DNA of 64,000 bases from Spironucleus salmonicida (lineage: Eukaryota): positions 62,001 to 126,000 of the forward strand of contig NC_090603.1 of NCBI RefSeq assembly GCF_000497125.1. Direction: 5' to 3'. Position numbers and translations under genes: made by a program. Under the pieces are notes generated by a model that was not told the DNA's origin, made no database searches, and saw only the letters and a list, made by a program, of their open reading frames with translations. This document shows positions 26,484 to 40,321 of the stretch, one piece after another; within the stretch, counting starts at the first letter, position 1; each line of letters begins with the position of its first letter.

Positions 26484-29400
26484 AACTGAATGTCTTGCCC
26501 GAAAGTTCAGTATTATGATTTCGTCTAGTAGCGTTACTAATGGCTAGGCCTATATGGCACTCCGAAGCACTATCATACCGGACCCCAGTTGCATCAGTTT
26601 CGCGAAAATGACGAAGGTTATGCTGATGTCGCTCCCAACTTGTGATGCCCAATGCGTAGATAAGAGTGCAGTGGGATAGTGCACGGGCCGTCAAAATTAT
26701 CCTTTTCTGATTGTGTGACGCACGTCATGCAAGCGCCTAGACCATATGCGGTTTTCAAAAGTACTTCGTAAGGCCGTACTGGGCTGTGGTCACCAACAGC
26801 AAAGGTGAGAGGTTTAGGAGTTTGCCCATTAACTGGACCATCAGTACTGCCGACTATGTGACCTGCGCCGCTCGGGTAGAGTGGAGGTTGAAGGCCCGAG
26901 GATTGTAAAGCCGCGCTGATGGATGCTCTTCCCACTAAGTGTGCGCCTCAATAAGTGCTGCGTCCAACGCTTCTACTGCAGATAGATCGTACATGGGCCC
27001 TCATATATTTCCTCTGCCATTATACCTGGCGTGAGGGATATCTGCCTCAATCAATAGTAGATTATGCGCGTCTACCAGGAAGCTCCTTACTCCAGACGCG
27101 CGGTCGTATCAATAACAGCAACCATCGCATCCCACATATGATGGTAGCACGCCAAACTCCCCCTCCTAATGGCTGGTAGTCTTCTGTCCCGCCGTTCGGC
27201 AGCGCATCCGGCCGCTAGATAGAGTCAACCGCCTCGGTGTACGGTTGCAAAATTAGCGCGTATTACTACTTCGGAGTCGTTGAGAGGCTTGGACGCGTGC
27301 TCTAAATTCGTAACATAGCACGATGTGAGAAAAGTACCTATGCCTTAAAACTAGCACTCTATACTTCCAGTTCATTTCTTTTGACTTTAAATGGCATATT
27401 AATTAACTAGCATGGTAGGCCAAACTTTGTGTCAGCGCTCGTATATTCATACCGCGCAGACCATGTTCCACTAATTTATGGTTTCTATATAATAATAAGA
27501 TTTAAGTGTAAGTATTATTATAATAATACAATTGACCCACGTTCCTGAATTGCAAACTCCACCACCCTGCATTTTCGAAAAAATAAAAGCTGCGGAAATG
27601 TATTCTTTGAGCTCTTTGGACTCCCAAAACCGCAAAATCTCGTCCTTCTACATTGTATCAGATTGAAGTTCCTTAAGAAATCCCAGTAGCGTAAACTTGA
27701 TTGCGAAAAGCTTTATCTGAATTATATTATATGGTATATAATTAACTATTGGCAGAGCATTAGTCAAGATAAACCGCAGAAAACTCACGCACGGCACTGC
27801 ATAGAAGCAGATAGAGTAAGGGTAAGGCTTCTGGAGGTGTGCTAGCCAATAGTTATTATCTCAAAAAATATTTATTTTATAAAATTTCAATTTTTGACTA
27901 CAATAGGAAAAGTATTAAAAGTTTATAAAACTCTATATGTCTTGCTTTATTTACTATTCATGTATTTAAATACCTCAAACGCCGCCTCTCACCAAAAGAC
28001 TATACTTGCGCGATTTCAAGTCAATACATGCCGAACTCTATTATTGTCCATGCACACCACATCCAGAAATACACAGTGTCTGCAAATCTAGCGCAACTCA
28101 GTTTGCTGTACTCCTGCCGTCTTCCACAAGCACGCATTCACACATACAAAACTAAGCGGCTCCTGCATTTCTTCCCCCTATCGCTTCCGTAATTAAAAGT
28201 TTAACCTATTGTTATATGGCATCACAAAGTTTCATTTGTGGTTTATGTATTTATACAATTTAGTGGGCTTCGAAACATTCTTATTCCAAACTATTTAATA
28301 CCACATTCCCGCCCTCAAAATGTGCTACCACAATGTTTACACTCCTGATTAACCTGTGATTGCTCGCTCAGAGCCATGTATTATCCGACCTAGATTTTCA
28401 TAGATAATTAGTGCGAATTCCCCTTACGGCCGCTGCATCAAAGGGTCAGGGGTGCAGCCAGACCACCTGCAACGGCTGCTTCGGTGATTCTGGTAGGCGC
28501 CGTAACTGCACATTTATAGTGGCACTCGCGAGGACAGACGTTCTTCTGTGACCTCTACCGGCAGGTCCAGGAAAACTGCGCTTAGTACTATTCACGTACG
28601 GGTAAATAATGTATCGGCTGCGTACCACGATTAGAGCGTTTTGTGTCTTTGTATCAACTGCAAAATGTGGCCAACGGATATGGTAAATTGGTAGAGTACC
28701 ATTCCGCGCAGGTGGGAAGTGCTAGGAATGGTATGATTTGGCGGATGGAAATTCTGAAACGTAAAGGTGCATGTATCTGTGAATGATACTTGTTAGCGCT
28801 ACGCGAGATTAGATGGTGATGAGTGTTCCACGTGTAAGCATAGTTACTGCCGGGTGGCCAGTGAGCTTCGGTTGGTGTGTGGAAGGTGAAGGATCGAAAC
28901 TCTAAATTATGTGATATACCGACCAACCCCGCAATCTGCTCCGGCCGCCCAACTTTAGCATATCAAATAGCATCTGCCTCGTAAACAACTTCTTCAAAAT
29001 ATCCACCCGAACTGCGCCGCCAGCCAGAACGACTTGGCGCGGTGCAAAAATCCCCTGAAACTTTAAGTATGTGCCTTGTAGTGTAGCTGCCTTGGGTACT
29101 GACTATGGAGCAGGATTCCGCGCACCAAGGAAACATGGAGAAGTGGGGATTGTTGAACTGGGTAAATAGGAAGACTGGGGAGAGCGATTTGCTGGTGAAT
29201 GCAATGAACATGAGAAAATATGGGGTCAATATTCGGTGTTCATTTTCAGAGCTGTCGGTAAAAATTTGTCTGACCGGCTGATTGGAATTGGCTAATGGCA
29301 AAGAGATCTTTACTTAGTGCTCTTGGTGAGCTATGATGTTATAGTAGTTTCTATAGTTGGCAACCGGGGTGATACGGAACGCGTCCACTCGAAATGTGCA

Positions 29401-29558
29401 CCTCCCTGCTCCATAGTCACTATTTTCCCCCAGTGACTTAGTACGATTCCCGGGGTTAGAGATTTACTCCAAGCTGAGCTGAAGGATAAGTACAACATGT
29501 AATGGCATTGAACACAATGTCAGATGCACCACTAAGACCTATAAGGTGGAGGGTGTCT

Positions 29559-32085
29559 ACTGTTAAGCGCCGGAAGCCGAATATTCTTATCGGTGGCCTA
29601 CTCATCTAAGGTAAATCCGTTGCATGCATTCAATTAGCATCCCTAGAGTCGCGCAAATCCCACCTACCCTTCGCACCACTGGCATGCCTTTACCATTTAT
29701 TTGGGCGCCAGCCTTCTGAGAGGTAGCGCTGGATCAAAAATATACGCGTGCTCCGCCATGGGCTTCTATAAGACCCTGCTAATATGCGCCTGAGGTTCCC
29801 GGCGCACGCCTACTGCCCCATCTTGCCACCCCTAATGCCACCAGCCCCAGCTACTAGTCCCATCGATGCTTCTAGGCGCAGCGTGCCTCGGACTTCAACT
29901 GCGTGTTTAGCCGCTTTGCTACTTTGGGTGGCTGTTTGCTGCACACAGTAAGGAGGAGTGCTGCCATATGGCCCAAACTATGGCGGCAGGATTCCGGTCC
30001 AGATCCCTGATGCACTCGCTCCGTATTCCGATATTACCAGACCTGGGTGCGCTGCCTACCACACTCAGGGATAGCGCTAGAAGCTAGAGCCTATTTCGAA
30101 GTATCGCAGCGATTGCCGGCTCCCGCTCGTTAAATAAGTTTGCTGAATGTGAAATTATCAGCCCAGCCAATTTTGAATTTTGCATCCCTTGCCCGCCAGA
30201 CCTGCCCATGCACATTCACACCTACCACCCACCAACAATTTTTCATTCTCACTCTGCCGCCACTTCCCCACCCAGCTCATCCTGTACCTTAAACCTCCTA
30301 ACTCATCACACACCAATAAACTTTACCAGATATACCAAATACTATCACTTCGAGACTTTGCTCCAAAGGCTGTCGTCGTCTACTTAAAGCTAGAGATTCT
30401 CCTTTTTCACCTCCAAATCGCCCTAGACCGAACGCTGTGCCTTCCGCTTCCTCGCGACCGCAAATGCTATAGCGCCACCAATGAGCCCTACAAGCAGAAC
30501 CAACCCTACAACGATTCCGGCGATTGACCCGCCGCTCATCCTCTATACCTGCTGCGCGCAGAGACCGTCGACCATTTCGGCCCCGTCTTGGCATGCGTAG
30601 CAAAGGTCTTAATCCTAGCAACTTTTGCAGTTCTGGCCGCAGGGTGCGCAGACCCCTCTGCTACTGAAATGGCCTTTTGCGCACTAACGGCATGTGCTGG
30701 AATCTGTGCAAGTAGCGCAGCCCTTTAGACAGCTTCTGCAGGTATTTCCTGTAGATTTCATCTCGCAAAATGATCCGGACTCGCACTACTTCGACTATGC
30801 GCAAATTTACTTAACGCAGGTTTAGTTGCTCAGCATGTAGCCATCTATGCAGGCGGTGCAGGACTTGATATCGGAGCAGGCGGAGCAGCCCTCAACGCAG
30901 GTCTCGCACGTGCTTATCCAGGGGTAATACAAGCAGAATTTGCCGCTTGGGCAGGGCTTGGATTTGGAGCTAGGGCTAGAGCAGTCGTGGGGACCCTGTT
31001 TTTGGCAAATATTACCGTCCATCTAATATCCATTGCCGCACTTCGTGCACTTTGTCGGGCTGTCGCATACCCTACACCCGTCGGAGCAGGTGGTGCATAC
31101 ACCGGTTTTGAGGAAATAGTAATCGTAGCACTCGGTGCATTGCTTAGACGAAATACAGGTTTTGCAGTGTTCCGCGCATGACGCGCACTTGCCGTCTTCT
31201 GCCACATAGGGTGCGGTGCATTTAATGCACTTTCCGGAAATGTCAGCCTCGAGACAGTTTTTGGACAAGTGGACGCATTTGTTGCCAGTAGGATCAATAC
31301 CGCAGAATTTTTTATCAGTGCATTTGTTCACGTTGTTACACTCGTTCAATATGCACTTTCCGCTCTGAATGTCGTACCTCTCCTTGCAGAGGCGGCACGT
31401 ATTCTCAGATTTGCAGTCCATGCAGTTATCGCCGCACGAAACGCACATGCCGTTCTTCAAGAAGTTTCCGTCTTGACAAGCGGTACAGGAGCCTTCGGTT
31501 GTGCATTTGCCGCAGTTACTAGGGCACTAAGTGCATTATCCGTCTTTTAGAGCATAAGAGTAGTTGCATTTCGTGCAACTTCCATTACTGCAGGTCTTGC
31601 AACCTATGGGACAAGCTTTACATGCTGTTTTAATGAGTTCGAATCCACCAGAGCAAACAGAGCAATTACTTGAGCTTACGCATTTAGTACAGCCTGTATC
31701 GCATTTATAGCAGTCAGGGTCAACTCCAGTGAAAAATCCTGGACGGCAAATATTGCAATCACCATACTTGTCGCAGTCAATACAGTTATCTGAGCACTTA
31801 TAACAGTAACGTCCTTTAAGTTAATATCCTGAAAGACAACTAGTGCATTCGTAATCGTTATCACATGTTCTGCATCCGGCTTGGCAAAGCTTGCATGTCC
31901 AATTTTAAAGGAAATATCCCTAATTGCAGGTAATGCATTGCGATAGCCCATCTGATAGGCAGCTGGCACAATTATAAGTCTTGCAGCGAAGACACATTTT
32001 ATCTTTACCAGTTGGTGCATAATCTGGGCATACGGTACCGTTGGGGCATTTTTTATCATTACAGATGTATGATGACATTTTATGA
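29559..32085 (+). repeat. Direct segmental duplication, copy A (copy B ~42388-44895)
   Basis: Starts ACTGTTAAGCGCCGGAAGCCGAATATTC in both copies. Near-identical ~0.8 kb noncoding block and gene 3' end, then a more diverged Cys-rich gene body. Confidence 0.95.
30345..32078 (-). CDS. Cysteine-rich membrane protein (VSP/CRMP-like), 577 aa, paralog 1
   Basis: MSSYICNDKKCP..., CXXC repeats throughout, TM SGGSIAGIVVGLVLLVGLIGGAIAFAV, RKRK, short tail, AAG TGA. Confidence 0.92.
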
Positions 32086-33435
32086 AGAAGTGGCAACGTG
32101 ATATTATTATAACTTCAATATAACATAAGTATTTAGTTTCTAGCTGTTTCTTAGTTTCTGGAAAATGTAGTGTGACTTTATAAATACTAATAATCGATCC
32201 ATTTAAATATTCTATAACGATAATTGAATAATTAGAAAACAAAATGCTTTTTTATGACTGTAGAGTAACAACATTTTAGTTTAGTAAGGGAAACTAATTT
32301 ATTAGTTTAGACTTAATGTAGAAGTATTTTTGTTGTCAGTTATAGAACTCAAAATATTTGCACAATACTATATAAATATGTTATTTTTTAAGATATAAAA
32401 AATTATATGTGATAGGGTTATCAAATTATATAACAAGATTATCATAAAGAGAATATATAGTATGAATTATATATAAATACTAAACAAAATGGAATCTTTA
32501 AAATACATCAGCAATTCTAGGATCTACAAGGCCCTCGTGATAATTCAGGATATTATATTGCTGCTACCAATACAAAGCATTTACCATATTCCCATAAGCC
32601 TAACATCACATCTCATGGTTATTCCTATAAAACAATTAATCCCCAACAATGAGGTTATTTGCACTATTTTGTATCCTAATCATTAAGTTGAACTTACCAA
32701 AGTAATTTTCAGCTAATATATATTGAGTTATAGGCCAAGAAATCATGTAGCTCTCTAGGTTAAATATGTCATGACCGGCATGAAGGTTTCATACTATATT
32801 CTTATTGGCATTGTTTGACCAAAATATTAAACCTTGTTATTATCTCTTCGCCGTTGCATGACCAAACCGAGAAACATCATTTTAGTATAATCGACACTTT
32901 ATAAGTTTTAACAAGCAGCAGCTCTTATTTTAAGTATCTTTTACGAAATAATGTCATTCATGATATTTTAAATCAGTAGTAGTTTTTCATTAGGATTAGT
33001 AGCCCAGCATCATCTATACTATCTAAAAATAAGGTATTATCGGTCTATACTACCAACCTGCCATACTCATACGATTTCCAGATAAGTTTTAACAATTTAC
33101 ATTTACTTGTGTAAAATGCACAAGTTTGTATAACAAATTAATAGCTTCGATATTCATATTGAACTTTCACCAACAGTCCCATCCCACATGAAGGCACTCT
33201 TATAGCGTCTTACTTAGCGCCAGACGACTCCAGGGCTTTCCAATTGTGCTAGCAGCTTTCCGGCCGACTAGCCAGAGCCCAGGTGGAGCTTGCCAATTCG
33301 GAGACGGCCAGTTCGCTAAATTACAATTTTAAGCACTTGGCTGATATTCGGGTCGAGATAAAATTCGATACGGTGGAACAGCAAGCGGCAGGCGCTCTCA
33401 CGAGGCAGTCGAACTTTTTAATCTAAATATTGGAC

Positions 33436-34104
33436 ATGGACGCCGAAATCAAACAGACCCTTTCCTATTTTTCGGTGTTGAGCTTCAACAGCAACGACCG
33501 CCTGACCGCTGCCACGTGCGAGATACTAGGCGAGACGCTCATTATCAGCTCCAAAACTACAGGCTGCGACTATTCGAATACGCTGTTCGCAGATGCTGCC
33601 ACCCTGAACGATACCGTACTGAATCAGAGCGTGTACGCCGAGCTGTCCGCATTCAACAAAACGCTCCGGCTGACAAGCGGGCTGTTCATGAAAAACCAGG
33701 CAGATCCCACAAACCCAGTGGTTACCTTTGACTGTAACACGCATCTTGAGGAGTCCAACGTCCTTCTGTGCAGAGAAATTTTATAGGACATAAGATTCAC
33801 CCCCTTGCTTGACTTTAGCATTAGCTTCTACTACTAGATGAAGAGCCCTCGGACAAGTTTCATGCCGCTATATAGTAGTAAGGAACCCGATAAGGGACAA
33901 CTATTGGTTATTCCAGCTTCTTATAAATTAGAAACGGTCATCCATAACGGTAACCATAAGTTTACAATTCATAATACGACACAAAATATCTAAGTTTTTA
34001 GAAAACTAGCTCATCCAACTATTTAACATACTCGAATGCAAAGAAGTGAGTATAAAATCACTCTTCCATTAAACGAAAAAATAGTATATGTCGCTTATTA
34101 CTGA
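33436..34104 (+). CDS. Hypothetical protein, possibly a 5'-damaged gene
   Basis: Frame open 33163-34104 with TAR=Gln and coding-like codon usage; first ATG only at 33436. Confidence 0.45.
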
Positions 34105-36849
34105 TTTAAAAAAATAAATATTTTCACATTCCACACCATGTTAACGGTTTAGTTACTATGTAAAATAGATTCTGAACTAACTTAATGAAATCTTTTCGTT
34201 TATTGTTTTTAAAACTCTATTAATTAATTCTTATAAATAAATCTTACATACTTTAGATGAAGTTGATTAGTTCTCTTACAGAATCGTATCTAAAATACTC
34301 ATCGTGTTGTATAGTTTGATGTCACCCTATTTCTTACCCTTAAAACAGTACTCTGATAACGCTACAACTCATTCGACCATGTCATACAATAGTCTATCTG
34401 TTAGTTCTAACGAAATATATCTCGCTGTTAATATTTTACTATAATGCCCAAATTTCGCATTATTACTATCCTCTTCAAACTTTAATAAAGATGAGTGATA
34501 TTATTATAATTGGCTTGACTGAAGTTTACTTTACTTGAGTCAATATTTTTGATCACCTCTTTTGAATATTATTCTACAGTATCTTATTTTTATGGAACTG
34601 GTATCGCTTCTTTATAAGATTTTTTGATTCTCAATCTTTTATTACTGCGTATCTGTTCATTTTATTTATTTAAAAAAATAAGTATTCAAAAAAGTTAATT
34701 TATATTTATTGTTATTGATTTTTTAGAAACCATTTTTATTTTTGTGTTCACTTTAGAAATCGGACGCCTCAGGGTTTCCATTTTATTCATTTTATTTTGT
34801 GTTATCTGAATTAATTGAATTTGATGCCATTCAATTTTATTAATGCAAAAAAATCTTTTTAATTATTGAAATATTATCGAACACTAAAATGTCAATCTTT
34901 ATGGTATCTCTGCAAGATTCATTATTCTTCTTAATTAATGAATTTAATTATATAATTTAGATGATGTCTAAGAGTTTGATTGCAATTATTATTCTAGTCT
35001 TAATAAATAGTATTCAAATTTTAACTCGTAAGATATTTGCTAATCATATTTTAGTTCTTATATTGATTTATATTTATTATTTACGTATTTATGTTTTACT
35101 TTACATTCGATAGCAGAATACATTCTACTTAACTATTTTCTTCGTTGTTTCATATAAGTTTTTTTCTATCGTGTCTGTCATCATTCAACCTTATTAATAT
35201 AAAAATTAATCTTTTTTAAGTATAATAAAGTGGTATTAAACTTTAATGCTCCAAATTTGATGTTATACTTTCACTCATCAAATAGGAAAAAATTCTTGAC
35301 ATGCTTTACCTTCAGATTACCTTAGGGATCATAACCGTTTTTAATTTTTATACAATAGATCAAGCATTTGCTCAGTTTCCTCTGCGTTCCTTACTACTAC
35401 ATTTCTTCTAATTTTTCTCAATCCTAGGGTACCATTATTTTATGATACCGCTCATTTTGAGCCTTTCAGCCCTTACTGATTCAGAATCAATTACGATGCT
35501 AACAGCTTCAGCTCCTGCTTAAAACCGAAGATCCGGTTCAGGTCAATTACGTGATTGCCCTTCTCTAGGGGCTTCATCTGAATATCTAACTTCTTCGCAA
35601 GCCCCAGAGTTAAAATTTCAGCATTTTCTTGCATGAGGGGTACAGAACTTTCGATTTCCGCAGCGATAGTGTGTTATATCACGTAACGGGAATTCTGAGC
35701 GAATCGCTTCACTAGTTCGCGCACTAGGCATGCTGATCCTCTAATATTACGTCGAAAAATGCAAAATTATCTTTAGCCTGGCTAGCGATCGAAGCGGGTA
35801 ATGTAATTCAAAAATTTTAATGATCTTATATATCGAGATAATTACATTTTGAAATATCGGTTTTTCCGTAGAATTTGCTCAGATCAGCCTTGAAAGTGAA
35901 CCTGCAACGTTATTTCTTGCTCAAAATCTCGCTGAAAACGTTTTTGAGCTCCGTCGAAACGACCGCCAAATGCTCGAATTTCTGCACAATCTCGCGAGCG
36001 ATCTGCGCTAACTCGGTCTCGACGTTTTTGAGCCTATCCGCGACATGTTCCAGGACGCCTTCGGACCGCCCTGCTCGATGCATCTCACAGACTCCTCGTT
36101 GAAGCGGCTCTGGAGGTTCGTCCACGAACTATTATAGTATTATAGTATTATAACTATTATAACTTCTAACTCTACTCACCCTACTGCAGTATCACCGAAT
36201 TCGCACCTTTTCGAAGGTCTGAATTTCGCTTTCCGGGCTCGAAACCCCCTCCACGAAGTCGCAAGAATGCGCCGTTTGGGGGCATGATACTGCTTAATCT
36301 GGGAGTGCATGACTCTTAATGTGTTGTTTTGCGCTGACTGAGTTTTTGGTCGAATTTCAGAGGGTTCCGGGTGTATGTTTGGGAGCGGGAAAACGGCGAT
36401 AAGGAAGGGCTTTAAATCACTTCTTTCATAGAATGGACGTAATGCACTTTTCCGGTGTAGCGGCGATCGTTTAGCACTGCTTTTCGAAAATGTGGAGCTT
36501 TCGGTCAATAAGAAGTCGGTAAAGTGAGCAATCTGGTAGGTGTCGTTTGGGGATTATAGCGGAGATTGCGATATCGGATTTTGTGTCCGGGCGATTTCGA
36601 TGAACGGGGCTGGTTGAGGCATGTAGAGTTTTTCAGCTTCTTCGGTTTGGCGAATTCGTCGTTTTTCAGCGAGTTTAGGTAATTGATGTGTGGAATGTGC
36701 ATATAGTCGTAGTTACTCGCGAAATGCAGCGTTTACTGGTGTTTTCCATACTGGAAATGAAGCTGTAGGCCGCTTTTTCGATGGTATCATTTTACGACTT
36801 TTTTGACGATTTGGTTCAGAACGTTCGCGGAGTACTCGAAGTTTTTGAG

Positions 36850-38260
36850 TGTTAAGTTCGCATGAACCGCACTCCTCCCACCTGGTGCATTATGTCCGGC
36901 AGGTAAAGATGCCGCAGGTACGAGTAGGTGAAAAACTCAGCATCGGTGGTCGTGTAGAGGGGGAAGGTTACCGCCCAGCACTCGGTTGATGCAGGGACCG
37001 CGAGCAGTGCCAGTCGCAGTATACGAACCCCATGTGGTCGCCGCAGGAACCGCCGAGCCCGAAGTTTCTTGTGGAGTGTGGAATTTTGTCACTAGGTCTG
37101 CATCTGCGGATTTTAATACCTGGCGCCCGTTCTGGAGGCGCATTTGGCTGAAAGTGTTAATGCGGAACTGGTACTTCGCATCATTCGCCCTGCCTAAGAA
37201 CCACCAGAAGCCGCTGCTGATCTTCCGGTAGTCCGGGAGCAGGTAGAATACGTAGGTGGCCGTACCGTGAATTTGAATAACTAGTAGAGATTAGATGAAT
37301 CGAAATTAACGTCGAACGCTAGGGTGGACTTCGCTCCCTTGCAGGGCTAGAACGGCTTCTGGGTCAGCGACACCAGGTAGTGGATTACTATGTCCTTTGG
37401 GAGTTTCTGCTGCTTGCCGACTTACAGCGCGTATTCTGATACGTTGAACGTGAAGTTTGAACATTGCGGCTCCGGGGTGAAGAGGTTCAAAGTGTTTGGT
37501 GCCGTGCTCTTCAGGATCGTACTCTTCAATTTTGGCTGCTGCTTGAATTTTTCATTTTCTGGTACATCCTGCACCTCCTCAGCGTGGTTGAGCGCGGAAT
37601 CGAAGGTGAGGAAGTCCCAAGGGGCTGCACGGATACCGGGAGCCGCACCTGTATAACTATCGTGTTTGACGGTAGGATACGCCACTGAGGGACAGCAGAT
37701 GCGTCATGGTCTCTTACTGCAACTCTGGCGTGCTCATTTTTAGGATTAATAGAAATTTGCCCCTAATATTATCTAATAGTTGTGCCTCTGAAATGAGCGA
37801 AACGGTGTACGTCAAGCTCACGGTCAGAGCCGGGGTCAGCACGCGGTACACCTGCTGAGGCTGCAGCTGCACGGGTATCTTGCAGGCGATTGGCCTTACT
37901 GGACCAGGAGCGCTGCTGTAGGTGACCTACCTCCACCACAGGCCGCTGGGAAGCGGGCCGGCCAAGATGCTGTTTGGGTACACCTGGAAGGCCGTGGCGT
38001 TTGGTCGCTGTGCGGGAGCACATTGTGGGGAACAGAAATCACTCGTGGAGGACAACCTTGTAGTAGGTAAGGCCCTCGCACAGGAACACCTTCACAGCGT
38101 TCTCGAAGCCGCAGCAGCCAAGGACCGCGCTGTAATAGATCCCGGAGTACTCGCCCAGCAGGTAGTCGAAGAGCCGCCGACCAGGCTGGGTGGGCTGCCG
38201 CGAGCGCAGGTGCTTATCGTACAACGTGAGAATGACCGCATTGGGAGCGGAACGATTCGA
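36850..38260 (-). pseudogene. Frameshifted GC3-rich coding relic of unknown family
   Basis: Successive coding-like segments in different frames (LFDYLLGEYSGIYY.., TAFQVYPNSILAGP.., APWDFLTFDSALNHAEE.., GTATYVFYLLPDYRKISSGFWWF) with no continuous ORF. Confidence 0.5.
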
Positions 38261-38266
38261 AGCGGC

Positions 38267-40321
38267 TCACTCCACCAGCGCCCCGCACAGGACGACCAGC
38301 GGCTCTATCTTCTGCCGGTACACGAACGCCGCCAGCCTCGTTGGCAGCGCCACCGGCTGGGAATCGCCCTCCTGGTACACCATGCTGCCCCGCTGGACGT
38401 ACTGCTGCCCCACCCGGACGGCCAGCTCAATGTCCACACCATGCCTCCGGATGAAGGCCGGGAGCGCGAACTGCTACAGGCTGGCGGCATCCTGCTGCCC
38501 GGAACCCACCCCAATGCAGCTCACCTTCAGATACATGACCGTTCTGACCCTCACCAGCCTGGCTAGCACAGGCAGTTGGTCCGGCGGGATGCAGATGTTG
38601 CGGAGCCGGAGCCGCTCCACGCACGGGGCACCGACCAGGACCAGCCGCTCCAGACGCACCCTATCGAGCTCCAGCATCATGACCGAGGGCTGCAGGTATA
38701 GCTCCAATACCGCGGTGCAGTTCTCAGCCGTTCCGCGCACGATAAACCGCTCGAGCCCGTGTGCTAGCTGCATCACCCTAGCCAAGGAGGTGCTTTCGTT
38801 GGTTACGCCCTCCAGGACTATCTCTCGTAGTTCCGGCAGTGAATCGGCATCGCACTGGAAGTTATTAACGGTACACTTCGTGAGGGTGATGCTCTGCAAA
38901 CTGGGGGAAAAACATATATCGCCCTCTATTCCGTCAAGTACCAGCGTCTCCAGCTATGTCAGCCTGGATATTTATACAGGCCACACTTTATAGATAGATT
39001 AAAAGTAACGGTTATATTTCAACGTCAGCTTCCGCAACCCGTTCGCCCTTCCCAATATTTTATTCAAGGAAGGTTAATCACAGTACACATCGTCGAGGAA
39101 GATCTCTCGTAGGTCCGGCAGCGACTTAACACTGCACTGGAAGTTATTAACGGTACACTTCGTGAGGGTGATGCTCCGCAAACTGGGGGGAAAACAGATA
39201 TCGCCCTCTATTCCGTCAAGTGCCAGCGTCTCCAGCTATTTCAGCCTGGATGTATATAGTGAATGAACTTTATTAGAAGGTACAACGGATTCGTTATATT
39301 TCATCTTCAGACTACGTAACCTGTCAGCCTTTCCCAATATTTTATTCAAGGAAGGTTAATCACAGTACACATCGTCGAGGAAGATCTCTCGTAGGTCCGG
39401 CAGCGACTTAACACTGCACTGGAAGTTATTAACGGTACACTTCGTGAGGGTGATGCTCCGCAAACTGGGGGAAAAACAGATATCGCCCTCTATTCCGTCA
39501 AGTGCCAGCGTCTCCAGCTATTTCAGTCTAGATATTTATGGTGGACACATTTTATAAGCATCGTATAATGAACCGCTATATTTCAACGTCAGACTCTGCA
39601 ACGCATGCGTCCTTTCCAATATTATATCCAAGGATAATTAATCATACTTTATAAGGTCGAGGCAGATATATCGGAGGTCCGGCAGTGAATCGGCATCGCA
39701 CTAGAAGATCGAATCGATGCAATCCGTGAGGGTGACGCTCCGCAGGCTGGGGGGAAAGTAGACACTGCCAGTTATTCCATTGAGAGCTAGCATCTCCAGC
39801 TATCTAAGTCCGGACATATCCGGCGCACTCGCGTAAGGCGTACCGCTACGATTCAGTGTCATGTTCTTCAGCTATTTCGCCCCCTATAGTATGTTGAGCA
39901 GCGGCTGCCAGTTGCTGGCCAATTCGCAGGGTTCTGAAAACTCCTTTGACGTACATGATATGATTACCTCGGTCAGGTTCGGAAGGTCGCGGCCCTGGGG
40001 GTTGCGGCACATAATGGGCGAGTCGACGATGGTGAGCCTGGCGAGGGCGGGGCCGACATCCATCTTGCCGCTCACGCGCTCCAGCCGCAGATCGCGCACG
40101 TTCCCCACGTACCTGAGCGGCTCCGTCCCGTCCATATCGGCGAGGGCCAGGCTGGTCAGAGCATCCAGGCGCACTGCGGCGTCCCACCTGCCGTCGAGCG
40201 AGAGGTGTGCTACGGGGGGATCGGGAAGCTCGGCTGCGGCCGGTATCGTGGTAGTCATGAGGCTCTGGGACTCTGGGGCAGCATCCCCGCTGCGGTCTGC
40301 CGCGCGCGCACCATCTGTCAT
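38267..40321 (-). CDS. Leucine-rich repeat protein (~684 aa) with four 94-aa tandem units
   Basis: LxxLxL motifs (LKQLETLALDGI, PSLRSITLTKC, LPDLREIFLD). Frame joins ORFs 39884-40603 and 38474-38899; ends GAG TGA. Confidence 0.85.
38810..39930. repeat. Intragenic tandem repeat, 282-bp period, ~4 units
   Basis: Anchor CACT(G/A)GAAG recurs at 38853, 39135, 39417 and 39699. Confidence 0.92.

Noticed and set aside
34100-36130. Minus-strand coding-like stretches
   Set aside because: Interrupted by TGA and frame changes, with no recognisable family; could not define a gene.
38810-39930. CRISPR-like repeat/spacer array
   Set aside because: 282-bp in-frame coding repeats in a eukaryote; no cas genes.
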